Part shown: piece by piece, positions 26,918 to 33,926 of the stretch | Numbering within the stretch: position 1 is the stretch's first letter | Layout: the number at the start of each line of letters is the position of its first letter | IMG/VR virus record: IMGVR_UViG_3300025398_000635 | Location: 9,666-73,665 of that record | DNA: 64,000 nucleotides | Source of the DNA: a virus | Taxonomy: Duplodnaviria; Caudoviricetes | Direction: 5' to 3' (one strand) | Position numbers and translations under genes: made by a program | The notes under the pieces: generated by a model | What the model was told of the DNA's origin: nothing | What the model saw: the letters and a program-made list of their open reading frames with translations, nothing else | Databases searched by the model: none

Positions 26918-27313
26918 TTAGTTTAGGGGAAGTCCTCTTGCGGCTCTTCCGCTACCTTTATTTCTTGCACTAAAAGTATCAGTTTGACTGTGACAATTAG
27001 GACATATTAATCTTAAATTACTTGGACTATTATTGCCAGCATTTCCATCAGTGTGATCGACTTGTAATGTTAACAGTTTGCCATTATGTTCGCTAATCCC
27101 ACAACAACTACACTTGTATCCGCTGAGTTCTGTCAGCACTTTCCTAATTGTTTTGCGATCGCTTACTTCACCTCGATTAAATCTATTAATTGTTTCAGTA
27201 AACATTCCCTTAGCACTACAGGTATTGCTACAGTATACATTCATTTTTTGATGAGACCATTTTGATTCGGTTCCACACGTTTTACAAAGATAAGTTTTGG
27301 TAGAGTTATTCAT
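26918..27313 (-). CDS. HNH endonuclease, paralog of 21909..22295
   Basis: CKTC, LQVDHTDG...N...NLRLICPNCHSQTDTF; start ATG 27313 lies inside hairpin GTAGAGT/ACTCTAC. Confidence 0.92.
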   Translation of the reverse strand: MNNSTKTYLCKTCGTESKWSHQKMNVYCSNTCSAKGMFTETINRFNRGEVSDRKTIRKVLTELSGYKCSCCGISEHNGKLLTLQVDHTDGNAGNNSPSNLRLICPNCHSQTDTFSARNKGSGRAARGLPLN

Positions 27314-27342
27314 ATATTTATTTATCACTCTACCAAATAAAT

Positions 27343-27416
27343 TGGAGCGGGTAGCGAGAATCGAACTCGCGAATAAACCTTGGCAAGGTTTCAGGTTACC
27401 ATTACATCATACCCGC
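27343..27416 (-). tRNA. trnG: tRNA-Gly(GCC)
   Basis: Cloverleaf with CCA. Confidence 0.95.
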
Positions 27417-27421
27417 ATAAA

Positions 27422-27673
27422 TTGTTATTAGAAAAGGACCCTGAAAGTTTTGGTCTCCTGAAACGGAAAGACATGGCTGCCCGGACTTACAGATCCGCTT
27501 TACTGGTCCAGCAAACGTGGAGCATATATGTCATCAACAGATTTATGCTGTAATCACTATCTGTCATATTTGACAAGTGTAAAGTTTATAACTTTTGCTA
27601 GACTCTCCTTCCGGGATTGTCTATCCACCCTTGCGGGACACCGTTAATGCCTTGAGTCCTTTACTAATAACAA
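27422..27673 (-). ncRNA. Candidate 252-nt structured ncRNA with its own late promoter
   Basis: Terminal helix TTGTTATTAG-TAAAGGAC / GTCCTTTT-CTAATAACAA; GNRA hairpin CCC-GCAA-GGG; TATAAGTA 5 nt upstream. Confidence 0.6.
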
Positions 27674-27695
27674 CTAGATACTTATACTAATAACA

Positions 27696-27770
27696 TGGTG
27701 GTAATGGCTGGATTCGAACCAGCACCTTGCTCCGTATGAAGGAGGTGCACGACCATTATGCTACATTACC
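27696..27770 (-). tRNA. tRNA with CAU anticodon (elongator Met or lysidine Ile2)
   Basis: Cloverleaf, paired 1:72, CCA. Confidence 0.9.
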
Positions 27771-27773
27771 ATT

Positions 27774-27851
27774 TGGTGCCTTGTGGTGGACTCGAACCAC
27801 CGACCCCTGCGTTATCAACACAGTGCTACTAACCAACTGAGCTAACAAGGC
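27774..27851 (-). tRNA. trnI: tRNA-Ile(GAU)
   Basis: Cloverleaf with CCA. Confidence 0.95.
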
Positions 27852-27855
27852 ATTT

Positions 27856-27932
27856 TGGCGGAACGGACGGGACTCGAACCCGCAACTTCCGCCGTGACAG
27901 GGCGGTGCTCTAACCAATTGAACTACCATTCC
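27856..27932 (-). tRNA. trnD: tRNA-Asp(GUC)
   Basis: Cloverleaf, G73, CCA. Confidence 0.95.
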
Positions 27933-27938
27933 TAATTC

Positions 27939-28022
27939 TGGTGGGCTGTACTGGGATCGAACCAGTCATGCCAGAGGCGTCGGATTTACAGTCCGATGAA
28001 TCACCATTGATTCTTCCAGCCC
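27939..28022 (-). tRNA. trnY: tRNA-Tyr(GUA)
   Basis: Variable arm, A73, CCA; G7:A66 mismatch. Confidence 0.9.
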
Positions 28023-28036
28023 AGATATGTATTGTA

Positions 28037-28230
28037 ACACTCTCTCGCTATGCTGTCAACCGGCCCCGAATGGACGCTCCGATAAGAGAGAGTGTGTAAT
28101 AAAGCACACTCGTTGAATATGCTTTATTACGCTGTAATTTTTCACACCACAAAAGGTGCTTCATCCTACAGGCCGCCCATTCGCCCATGTTTTAAGTGCA
28201 GGCTAGGATCTCGTTTCCCATACACACTCT
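28037..28230 (-). ncRNA. Candidate structured RNA with mutually exclusive helices, upstream of the first tRNA
   Basis: TACACACTCTCTC pairs with either AGAGTGTGTA or GAGAGAGTGT; GTAATAAAGCA hairpin; ATCCTA/TAGGAT. Confidence 0.45.
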
Positions 28231-28241
28231 ACTACTACTGT

Positions 28242-28409
28242 TTAATCTTCAATTTGATGATAAACAGATTCTTTTAGTGACTTGCGATATACATTCGCAC
28301 GATCTAATTTTTCTTGAATCAGTTTTTGCTTCGCTTCGGCCGATAGGATATAGGCTTGCTCAACAATCCGTTCATTTAATTTTGTATAATCAATACCTTT
28401 ATATTCCAT
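28242..28409 (-). CDS. Small hypothetical protein (55 aa, MEYKGIDYTKLNER...)
   Basis: Hand-called; AAGGAG RBS; first gene after the attenuator terminator. Confidence 0.7.
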   Translation of the reverse strand: MEYKGIDYTKLNERIVEQAYILSAEAKQKLIQEKLDRANVYRKSLKESVYHQIED

Positions 28410-28425
28410 TTTAATCTCCTTAAAA

Positions 28426-28457
28426 GCAAAAACCCCAGGGTTTTTAATCCTGGGGTT
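28426..28457 (-). terminator. Intrinsic terminator of the leader attenuator
   Basis: AACCCCAGG-ATTAAAAAC-CCTGGGGTT-TTTGCTTTT; 5' strand competes with GGGGTTCCGT at 28490-28499. Confidence 0.85.
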
Positions 28458-28485
28458 CTGTGTAATCTTATATTGTAAAACTAGA

Positions 28486-28596
28486 CTATACGGAACCCCT
28501 CAAACGATCATTACTTAGACCAAAGCATAACACTGACCATGTTGGATAGGCCATGTGTTCTATATTGGAAATAATTATCTGTTGTAAGTGTTGCAT
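28486..28596 (-). CDS. Leader peptide MQHLQQIIISNIEHMAYPTWSVLCFGLSNDRLRGSV (36 aa)
   Basis: ATG 7 nt after -10 (leaderless); last codons and stop overlap the antiterminator strand. Confidence 0.7.
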   Translation of the reverse strand: MQHLQQIIISNIEHMAYPTWSVLCFGLSNDRLRGSV

Positions 28597-28603
28597 AATC
28601 TTT

Positions 28604-28632
28604 ATTATACTGTCTCTTATATTCGTTGTCAA
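28604..28632 (-). promoter_or_regulatory. sigma70 promoter TTGACA-N17-TATAAT heading the tRNA array
   Basis: Perfect consensus. Confidence 0.9.
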
Positions 28633-28698
28633 GTCTGCCTCGACTTTTTATTTAGCCTTTCGGCGAAATAGTGGTACTTAATATGGTATTTTAGTGTT

Positions 28699-29700
28699 TT
28701 ATTTTTCTACTAGATTATCTTTAAAAATATTCCAGCATGACTGCCATGTCCATTTCTTACTATTAAGTTTAACAGTTTTTCGATCTAATGTCAATGCCGT
28801 TTGAACTGCTAATTTTAAATCAGTATTCATCGAACCTGTGACACCTTCTTCGAGTATATCAATTGGTCCCGGAACCGGGTAACCTGCAACAGGAGTACCG
28901 CAGGCCAATGCTTCTATAATAACAATTCCAAACGTATCAGTGCGACTAGTAAATACAAATACATCAGCATTGGCATAGTATTCAGCAAGACTGCTCCCTT
29001 TTTTTACTCCTGCAAAAATTACATCGGGATACTTGCTAGCTAGCTCTTTACGATACGGACCGTCACCTACTACAATCTTTGTAGCACTGGGCCAATCTAA
29101 TTCGCAAAAATCATCTATTCCTTTTTCCTTGCTAACACGTCCAACACTTAAGAGTATAGGACGACCTGCTATAGTTTTTCCTCTTAGATTACTTTTAAAC
29201 ACTGTGCGATCTACTCCGCGTGTCCAAGGAACAACGTCACCTGTGAATCCATGGTTGCGTAGATCGCCGACCATGGTCTGTGTAGTGGTTAGCACACGAC
29301 CCGAATGTTTATGGAACCAACGCACATACCAATAGGTCCATTTTATAGGTATACCATAAAGCTCTTTTAGGAATTCTGGAAACTTTGTGTGATAGCTGGT
29401 ATTGTATTTGTAACCTTTACGATCACAGTATACGCGAGCAGCAAACCCTAAGGGGCCTTCTGTGGCAATGTGAATATAATCCGCATCCATCGCCTCAATC
29501 TTCTTGCCCATCGATCGGGGGAACGAGAGTTTAACTTCAGGATAGCCAGGGCAATCAATATAACTGAACTGCCCGGGATCAAGATATACAATATTATAGC
29601 CACTATCGCTAGCCAGAGTTTCGATGCTTTTGAAAGTTGTGACCACTCCATTAACTTGATCTCTTAAATTGTCAGTTACTATCAGTATCGTCTTGGGCAT
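28699..29700 (-). CDS. agt: GT4 glycosyltransferase, Agt-like diacylglycerol glycosyltransferase
   Basis: ILIVTD..DQVNGVV, HIATEGPLG, SYHTKFPE, GRVSKEK, FVFTSRTDTFG.V.IEA.ACG. Confidence 0.75.
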   Translation of the reverse strand: MPKTILIVTDNLRDQVNGVVTTFKSIETLASDSGYNIVYLDPGQFSYIDCPGYPEVKLSFPRSMGKKIEAMDADYIHIATEGPLGFAARVYCDRKGYKYNTSYHTKFPEFLKELYGIPIKWTYWYVRWFHKHSGRVLTTTQTMVGDLRNHGFTGDVVPWTRGVDRTVFKSNLRGKTIAGRPILLSVGRVSKEKGIDDFCELDWPSATKIVVGDGPYRKELASKYPDVIFAGVKKGSSLAEYYANADVFVFTSRTDTFGIVIIEALACGTPVAGYPVPGPIDILEEGVTGSMNTDLKLAVQTALTLDRKTVKLNSKKWTWQSCWNIFKDNLVEK

Positions 29701-29772
29701 CTTTGTTTATAAAATAATTTAAAAAACTAGCAACTACTAATACTATGGCAAGACCTAAAATAAAATATCCCA

Positions 29773-30657
29773 TTATTGTATCCTAAATTTAACGTACTCT
29801 GTTATTATATCTGCTACATCTACTGAACAGTATTTTTCAAACCCACTGAATCCAGGATTTGAATTAGCTTCACATACACGGAATCCACGCTTGTCAAATA
29901 ATAGATCGACACCAGCAATGTCTAGATTTAAGGCACGAGCAGTTTCACGAGCTAGATATTCTATTTCTTCAGTTAAGGGATAGTTCTCTCCAGTACCACC
30001 ATTTGTGATATTAGCACGGAAATCACCATCGGGCGCTGTACGCTTCATAGCCCCGACGACCTTGCCACCGATAACCAACACACGTAGATCTTCTCCAGGA
30101 TGATCATTTAGATATTCCTGTACAACCATGGTTTTCTTATTGCCTAGGTTGTCAATAAATTCCATTAGTTTTTTGTAGTCACGCTTCTTTTCGCAGAGAT
30201 AAACACCTTCACCATATGATCCAGTAACAACTTTGACCACGCAAGGAAACCCAATATTATTTTCTACAAGATGATCGTCGATAGGTAATCGTACCATCAT
30301 AGTGTTGGGAATAGCGATACCGGCACGACTTAAAATCTGACTAGTACGTAATTTATCTTTAACTGTTTCTATTGGTAATGATCCGTTGATACAAGGAACA
30401 CCAGCTTGTTCAAAATGTCTAACAACTGCTAATTGGAACGGCAGTATACCAGCACCTAACCTTACTAATACTAGTTTAGGTAGTTCCATATCTTGACCTT
30501 GATACTTAATGCCCTTATGGATATCACGGTCGACGATGATATCAAAATCATCAGGATGACACATGCGAGCTGTAATGCCCTTGGCTGCAAAACTTTCTAC
30601 TAGTCTATTTGATTCGTATTCGTTACGATCAAGTTTAGTTAGGATTATTACGGTCAT
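29773..30657 (-). CDS. rimK: RimK-family ATP-grasp ligase
   Basis: DKLRTSQIL, GSYGEGV, VQEYL, DLRVLVIGG, FRANITNGG, AGVDLL, EANSNPG. Confidence 0.88.
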   Translation of the reverse strand: MTVIILTKLDRNEYESNRLVESFAAKGITARMCHPDDFDIIVDRDIHKGIKYQGQDMELPKLVLVRLGAGILPFQLAVVRHFEQAGVPCINGSLPIETVKDKLRTSQILSRAGIAIPNTMMVRLPIDDHLVENNIGFPCVVKVVTGSYGEGVYLCEKKRDYKKLMEFIDNLGNKKTMVVQEYLNDHPGEDLRVLVIGGKVVGAMKRTAPDGDFRANITNGGTGENYPLTEEIEYLARETARALNLDIAGVDLLFDKRGFRVCEANSNPGFSGFEKYCSVDVADIITEYVKFRIQ

Positions 30658-31412
30658 TAATCATGTCCTTTCGTCCATGTAATTATCTCCCAACGACCAT
30701 CATGGTGTTCAACTAAGGCCGTCATTGACTCTACCCAGTCACCGTCATTCATGTATGTAACACCATCGATATCTTTAATTTCTGCGTGATGTATGTGTCC
30801 ACATATTACACCATCAAATCCACGTTTTTTACAGTAAGCGGCTAGATTACGTTCAAATTGAAACATAAAGTCTGCGGCCTTCTTAACTCTGTTCTTGAGA
30901 TACTTACTCAAACTCCAATACCCGAGCCCAAGTTTATGCCTAACAAAATTAAATCTGCTGTTCCAATCTAACACCAGGTCATACAACTTATCGCCTAAAA
31001 ATGCTAGCCAAGGAGCAAGACGAGTAATGCCGTCGAACAAGTCCCCGTGAGTTACAAGGTAATGTTTACCGTCTAGTCCTATATGTTCTGTTTGATTGAC
31101 TATTTCAACTTGTCCGAATCCTAAACCATAAGGAATAAGTGGACGTAAAAATTCATCATGATTACCTGCTACATATATTACTCTTGTACCTCGCTTGGCA
31201 TGACCTAGGATACGACGTATGGCATTTGAATGACTTTGTTTCCAACGCCACTTGTTTTGTTGGATCTTCCAAGCATCGATAATGTCGCCTACAAGGTAAA
31301 GTGTTTCACAGGTGTTGTGTTTGAGAAAGTTGTTGAGCTCTTCAGCTTTGCAGTCTCGAGTACCGAAGTGTATGTCCGAGACGAAAATACTGCGATATGT
31401 AGTTGGTTTCAT
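30657..31412 (-). CDS. plcP: PlcP-like Mn-dependent phospholipase C (often annotated UDP-2,3-diacylglucosamine hydrolase)
   Basis: SDIHFG, LVGDIID, GNHDE, HGDLFD, GYWSLS, CGHIHH, NDGDWVES. Confidence 0.8.
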   Translation of the reverse strand: MKPTTYRSIFVSDIHFGTRDCKAEELNNFLKHNTCETLYLVGDIIDAWKIQQNKWRWKQSHSNAIRRILGHAKRGTRVIYVAGNHDEFLRPLIPYGLGFGQVEIVNQTEHIGLDGKHYLVTHGDLFDGITRLAPWLAFLGDKLYDLVLDWNSRFNFVRHKLGLGYWSLSKYLKNRVKKAADFMFQFERNLAAYCKKRGFDGVICGHIHHAEIKDIDGVTYMNDGDWVESMTALVEHHDGRWEIITWTKGHD

Positions 31413-31452
31413 GCCAATATTTATCGCTAGTTATTCTAGTGCTATATTACAT

Positions 31453-31584
31453 TTATTTTACAGCTTCAGTATGTTTGTGATCAAGACTTTTCTTTAGTAG
31501 TTTGAACCAGATCTTTTTGGCTTTCTCGAGATTGTGTTCAATTTCGGCCTTGTATAATTTCATAACTAGTTTTTTAACTTTCAT
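31453..31584 (-). CDS. Small basic protein (43 aa, MKVKKLVMKLYK...)
   Basis: Hand-called; GAGGAG RBS; sigma70-like promoter upstream. Confidence 0.6.
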   Translation of the reverse strand: MKVKKLVMKLYKAEIEHNLEKAKKIWFKLLKKSLDHKHTEAVK

Positions 31585-31659
31585 GATTGACTCCTCTTTG
31601 TAATCAAAGTGTAACATATTATTTACTCAATGTCAAGAAATAAAAGATTACAGTCAAAA

Positions 31660-31681
31660 GAAATGGAACCGAAGTTCCACT
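31660..31681 (-). terminator. UUCG-loop terminator after rubredoxin
   Basis: TGGAAC-TTCG-GTTCCA followed by TTTCTTTT. Confidence 0.7.
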
Positions 31682-31738
31682 GTGGATTACGGATCCCACG
31701 ACACCTTATTTTGTGCCCGCATTTTATTTAGCGTGTGA

Positions 31739-31876
31739 TCAGAATTCCAGTGTTACTAATTCATAATCCGATTTGCTAACACCGCATTCTGGACAACATA
31801 CATCATCTGGTAAACTGTTATAGTCTTCTACTGATAAAATATGTCCACATACTACACAACGATATACCTGTTCCAT
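31739..31876 (-). CDS. Rubredoxin-like protein (45 aa)
   Basis: YRCVVCG...CPECG; TAATG-coupled to rubrerythrin. Confidence 0.85.
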   Translation of the reverse strand: MEQVYRCVVCGHILSVEDYNSLPDDVCCPECGVSKSDYELVTLEF

Positions 31877-32325
31877 TATAGGGTCTCCTTTACTTTTTGA
31901 TATGCTTCTGCATGACGCTTCTCAACTTTAGCCAGCGCGGCAAAACGTTTTTCAGCTTTGGCCAACACTTGAGCAAATTGATCAGCATGTTCTTTTGATT
32001 CATCAATTTGATGTTGTGCTTCGACGGCAGCTTGTTGATTACCTTCTTCAACTGCTTCTGCTAACATTGTTGGATACATGTGAGTATATTCTTCAGTCTC
32101 ACCATCAATAGCCAACTGTAGACATTCTTTAGTTGAAGGTTTACCAATTAGTAATTCTAAGTGACCCCAAGCATGCAGGATCTCTTGATCTGCTGTGTGT
32201 TCAAAATGTTTAGCTACATCTTCAAAACCTTCTTCTCGAGCAATTTTTGCAAAATAGCGATATTTGATGTGTGCCTGACTTTCACCAGCAAGTGCATCTG
32301 CTAAATTTTTAAGTGTGATAGACAT
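31876..32325 (-). CDS. rbr: Rubrerythrin (ferritin-like diiron domain)
   Basis: LAGESQAHIKYRYFA, E..HA, AIDGETEE, E..HA. Confidence 0.9.
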   Translation of the reverse strand: MSITLKNLADALAGESQAHIKYRYFAKIAREEGFEDVAKHFEHTADQEILHAWGHLELLIGKPSTKECLQLAIDGETEEYTHMYPTMLAEAVEEGNQQAAVEAQHQIDESKEHADQFAQVLAKAEKRFAALAKVEKRHAEAYQKVKETL

Positions 32326-32380
32326 AATATCTCCTTTGTGTGTAATGTCTGTAATAACTCAGTACTAATACTGATATGTT

Positions 32381-32466
32381 ATTGTAATAGTATTTACTAA
32401 TAAGATCAAGCATTTTAATTGATTTTTTCAATAATTATTTTAATAACGGTAATTGATTTTTTTAAT
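32381..32466 (-). promoter_or_regulatory. Promoter TTGATC-N17-TACAAT with upstream ATTG-N7-CAAT and ATTG-N7-TAAT boxes
   Basis: Boxes at 32418-32432 and 32452-32466, LysR/OxyR-type spacing. Confidence 0.4.
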
Positions 32467-32476
32467 AACGAAATTG

Positions 32477-32501
32477 AAAAAGAAACCCGCCGAAGCGGGT
32501 T
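32477..32501 (-). terminator. Intrinsic terminator after the tmRNA coding piece
   Basis: AACCCGC-TTCG-GCGGGTT followed by TCTTTTT. Confidence 0.85.
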
Positions 32502-32504
32502 CTG

Positions 32505-32862
32505 CTATTTTGGGTGACAAGGTATAACTACCTCGCAAGTGCAGTTTCTTAGGCTGCTAGTGCAAATGCGTCGTCGTTAAGAGCGACATCAACTTGCATG
32601 TACTTGAATGTATTTGCTTTTGCATTTACGATATTTGCTTGATTTACAGTCATCGCCTACTCTGTTGCCTCTTTCGCTATCTCACCATGTCGAAACCTTG
32701 TCATCCCCATCATAAAGATACATATCGCATAGTTTATAAAACAGGCTATGCCCCACATATACTGCCAGTGCCAGTTTTCAAACATACTATATCCTTATGG
32801 TGGAGATGCCGGGAATCGAACCCGGGTCCACAGTGCCTTCACTACGAAGGAATTACAACAAT
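32505..32862 (-). ncRNA. ssrA: Circularly permuted (two-piece) tmRNA
   Basis: Acceptor piece with T arm ending CATCTCCACCA at 32798 precedes the 5' end GGGGATG at 32708; G3:U70; 89-nt intervening segment; outer ends approximate. Confidence 0.92.
32549..32623 (-). CDS. tmRNA tag AKANTFKYMQVDVALNDDAFALAA (24 aa)
   Basis: Resume codon GCA after GTAAAT; ALAA-stop degron. Confidence 0.8.
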   Translation of the reverse strand, partial: AKANTFKYMQVDVALNDDAFALAA

Positions 32863-32865
32863 TCT

Positions 32866-32940
32866 TTACTTACGCTTTTTCAACGTTCTGCGGGCAGTTG
32901 CCTTAACAGATCGTGAATGATGCGCACGAAACTTTGCCAT
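32866..32940 (-). CDS. Basic micro-protein MAKFRAHHSRSVKATARRTLKKRK (24 aa)
   Basis: Hand-called; TAATG-coupled. Confidence 0.65.
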   Translation of the reverse strand: MAKFRAHHSRSVKATARRTLKKRK

Positions 32941-33041
32941 TACTTACGTTTGGCACCACGACTTGCCATAGTTTTTAAACTTTTAGCTCGTGGTGGTTTT
33001 TTACCTTTTAAAATCTGACTTACTCTACGTGGACTGGGCAT
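32940..33041 (-). CDS. Basic micro-protein MPSPRRVSQILKGKKPPRAKSLKTMASRGAKRK (33 aa)
   Basis: Hand-called; TAATG-coupled at both ends. Confidence 0.65.
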   Translation of the reverse strand: MPSPRRVSQILKGKKPPRAKSLKTMASRGAKRK

Positions 33042-33112
33042 TATCTGCTCCTTGCTTTACGAACTGCTCGCATTGCACGTGCCCGCATAGTTTTTGGTTT
33101 TCCTCTTGCCAT
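33041..33112 (-). CDS. Basic micro-protein MARGKPKTMRARAMRAVRKARSR (23 aa)
   Basis: Hand-called; AGGAGAGG RBS. Confidence 0.7.
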   Translation of the reverse strand: MARGKPKTMRARAMRAVRKARSR

Positions 33113-33296
33113 TTTGCCTCTCCTTTAAAAGTCAACCCAATCCTTAAGCTCTATAAGGGCATATACTATTATTGCCGCAAAGATCATTAAGGCTATCATT
33201 AACATAATGTATTTATTATAGCATCTTTTAATTTAGATAGCAATGATTTTGAGTAATAGTAGCATAAATACTTGTACAACCGGGAGCGAATCGGAA

Positions 33297-33578
33297 ATGG
33301 GCGAAATTTTCAAAATTATCGGGGATCTAGGATTCCCTGTCGCGGCTGCAATGGCTGGCGGCTATTTTGTTTTCTTAACTATCAAACTACTTTTGGGCGG
33401 AGTTTTAGGCTCAGTAAAAGGCATGGCTGGTATTATCACAGCACTTGATAATCGTGTAAAAACCATGAATCACGATGTAATACGTATCGATACAGTAGTA
33501 TCAAACGCACTTGGACTACGTCCAGATGTAGATCGTATTGCTCGTGCAGATGGTAAGAACGATGCAAGGAGAGACTGA
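33297..33578 (+). CDS. Small membrane protein, YvrJ/holin-like
   Basis: GFP.AA motif, one TM helix plus coiled tail; late box CATAAATA at 33263-33270. Confidence 0.55.
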   Translation: MGEIFKIIGDLGFPVAAAMAGGYFVFLTIKLLLGGVLGSVKGMAGIITALDNRVKTMNHDVIRIDTVVSNALGLRPDVDRIARADGKNDARRD

Positions 33579-33766
33579 TGAAATACTACGATTATGAGTG
33601 GGATTTAGAACCCAACAGAATACTACTAGATGAAGAACTTAATGTAGATGCACTAGGTTGGAAAGGTGGCGATTATTTTAAGTTAGTCAATCGCAACGGC
33701 AGATCTATGTTAGTAAAAGTAGACCCGATAGAAGTTTTTTCAAAAGGATATAAAGTAAATGAATAA
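33578..33766 (+). CDS. Small hypothetical protein (possible AbrB-like fold)
   Basis: LGWKGGD.F.L pattern. Confidence 0.5.
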   Translation: MKYYDYEWDLEPNRILLDEELNVDALGWKGGDYFKLVNRNGRSMLVKVDPIEVFSKGYKVNE

Positions 33767-33917
33767 ATGGCAAGCATGGTGGGACAGTTTAGATCCCAAC
33801 ACACAAAAATATTTAAACAATCAACCACTATGGAAAGATGCTGATCTAGCAAAAGTTGCAGTGGGATCATTTTTTCTAGGTTTTCTACTTTGTCTAGCAA
33901 TGACAGGTCAACTATAA
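33759..33917 (+). CDS. Small membrane protein (52 aa, MNKWQAWWDSL...)
   Basis: Hand-called; C-terminal hydrophobic helix. Confidence 0.6.
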   Translation: MNKWQAWWDSLDPNTQKYLNNQPLWKDADLAKVAVGSFFLGFLLCLAMTGQL

Positions 33918-33926
33918 GGAGCAATC

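Noticed and set aside
21369-26973. ORF-track entries over tRNA genes (e.g. 21369..21635, 23461..23697, 23808..24020, 24886..25128, 25509..25733, 26421..26624, 26782..26973)
   Set aside because: They are antisense or in-frame shadows of tRNAs, with no RBS or protein motifs.
27422-27673. RNase P RNA or SRP RNA
   Set aside because: No GAGGAAAGUCC/P4 signature and no intact SRP domain IV; kept as an unknown ncRNA.
28176-28184. HDV-like/theta ribozyme suggested by GCGAAUGGG
   Set aside because: Could not build the P1/P3/P1.1 nested pseudoknot, and it does not follow a tRNA 3' end.
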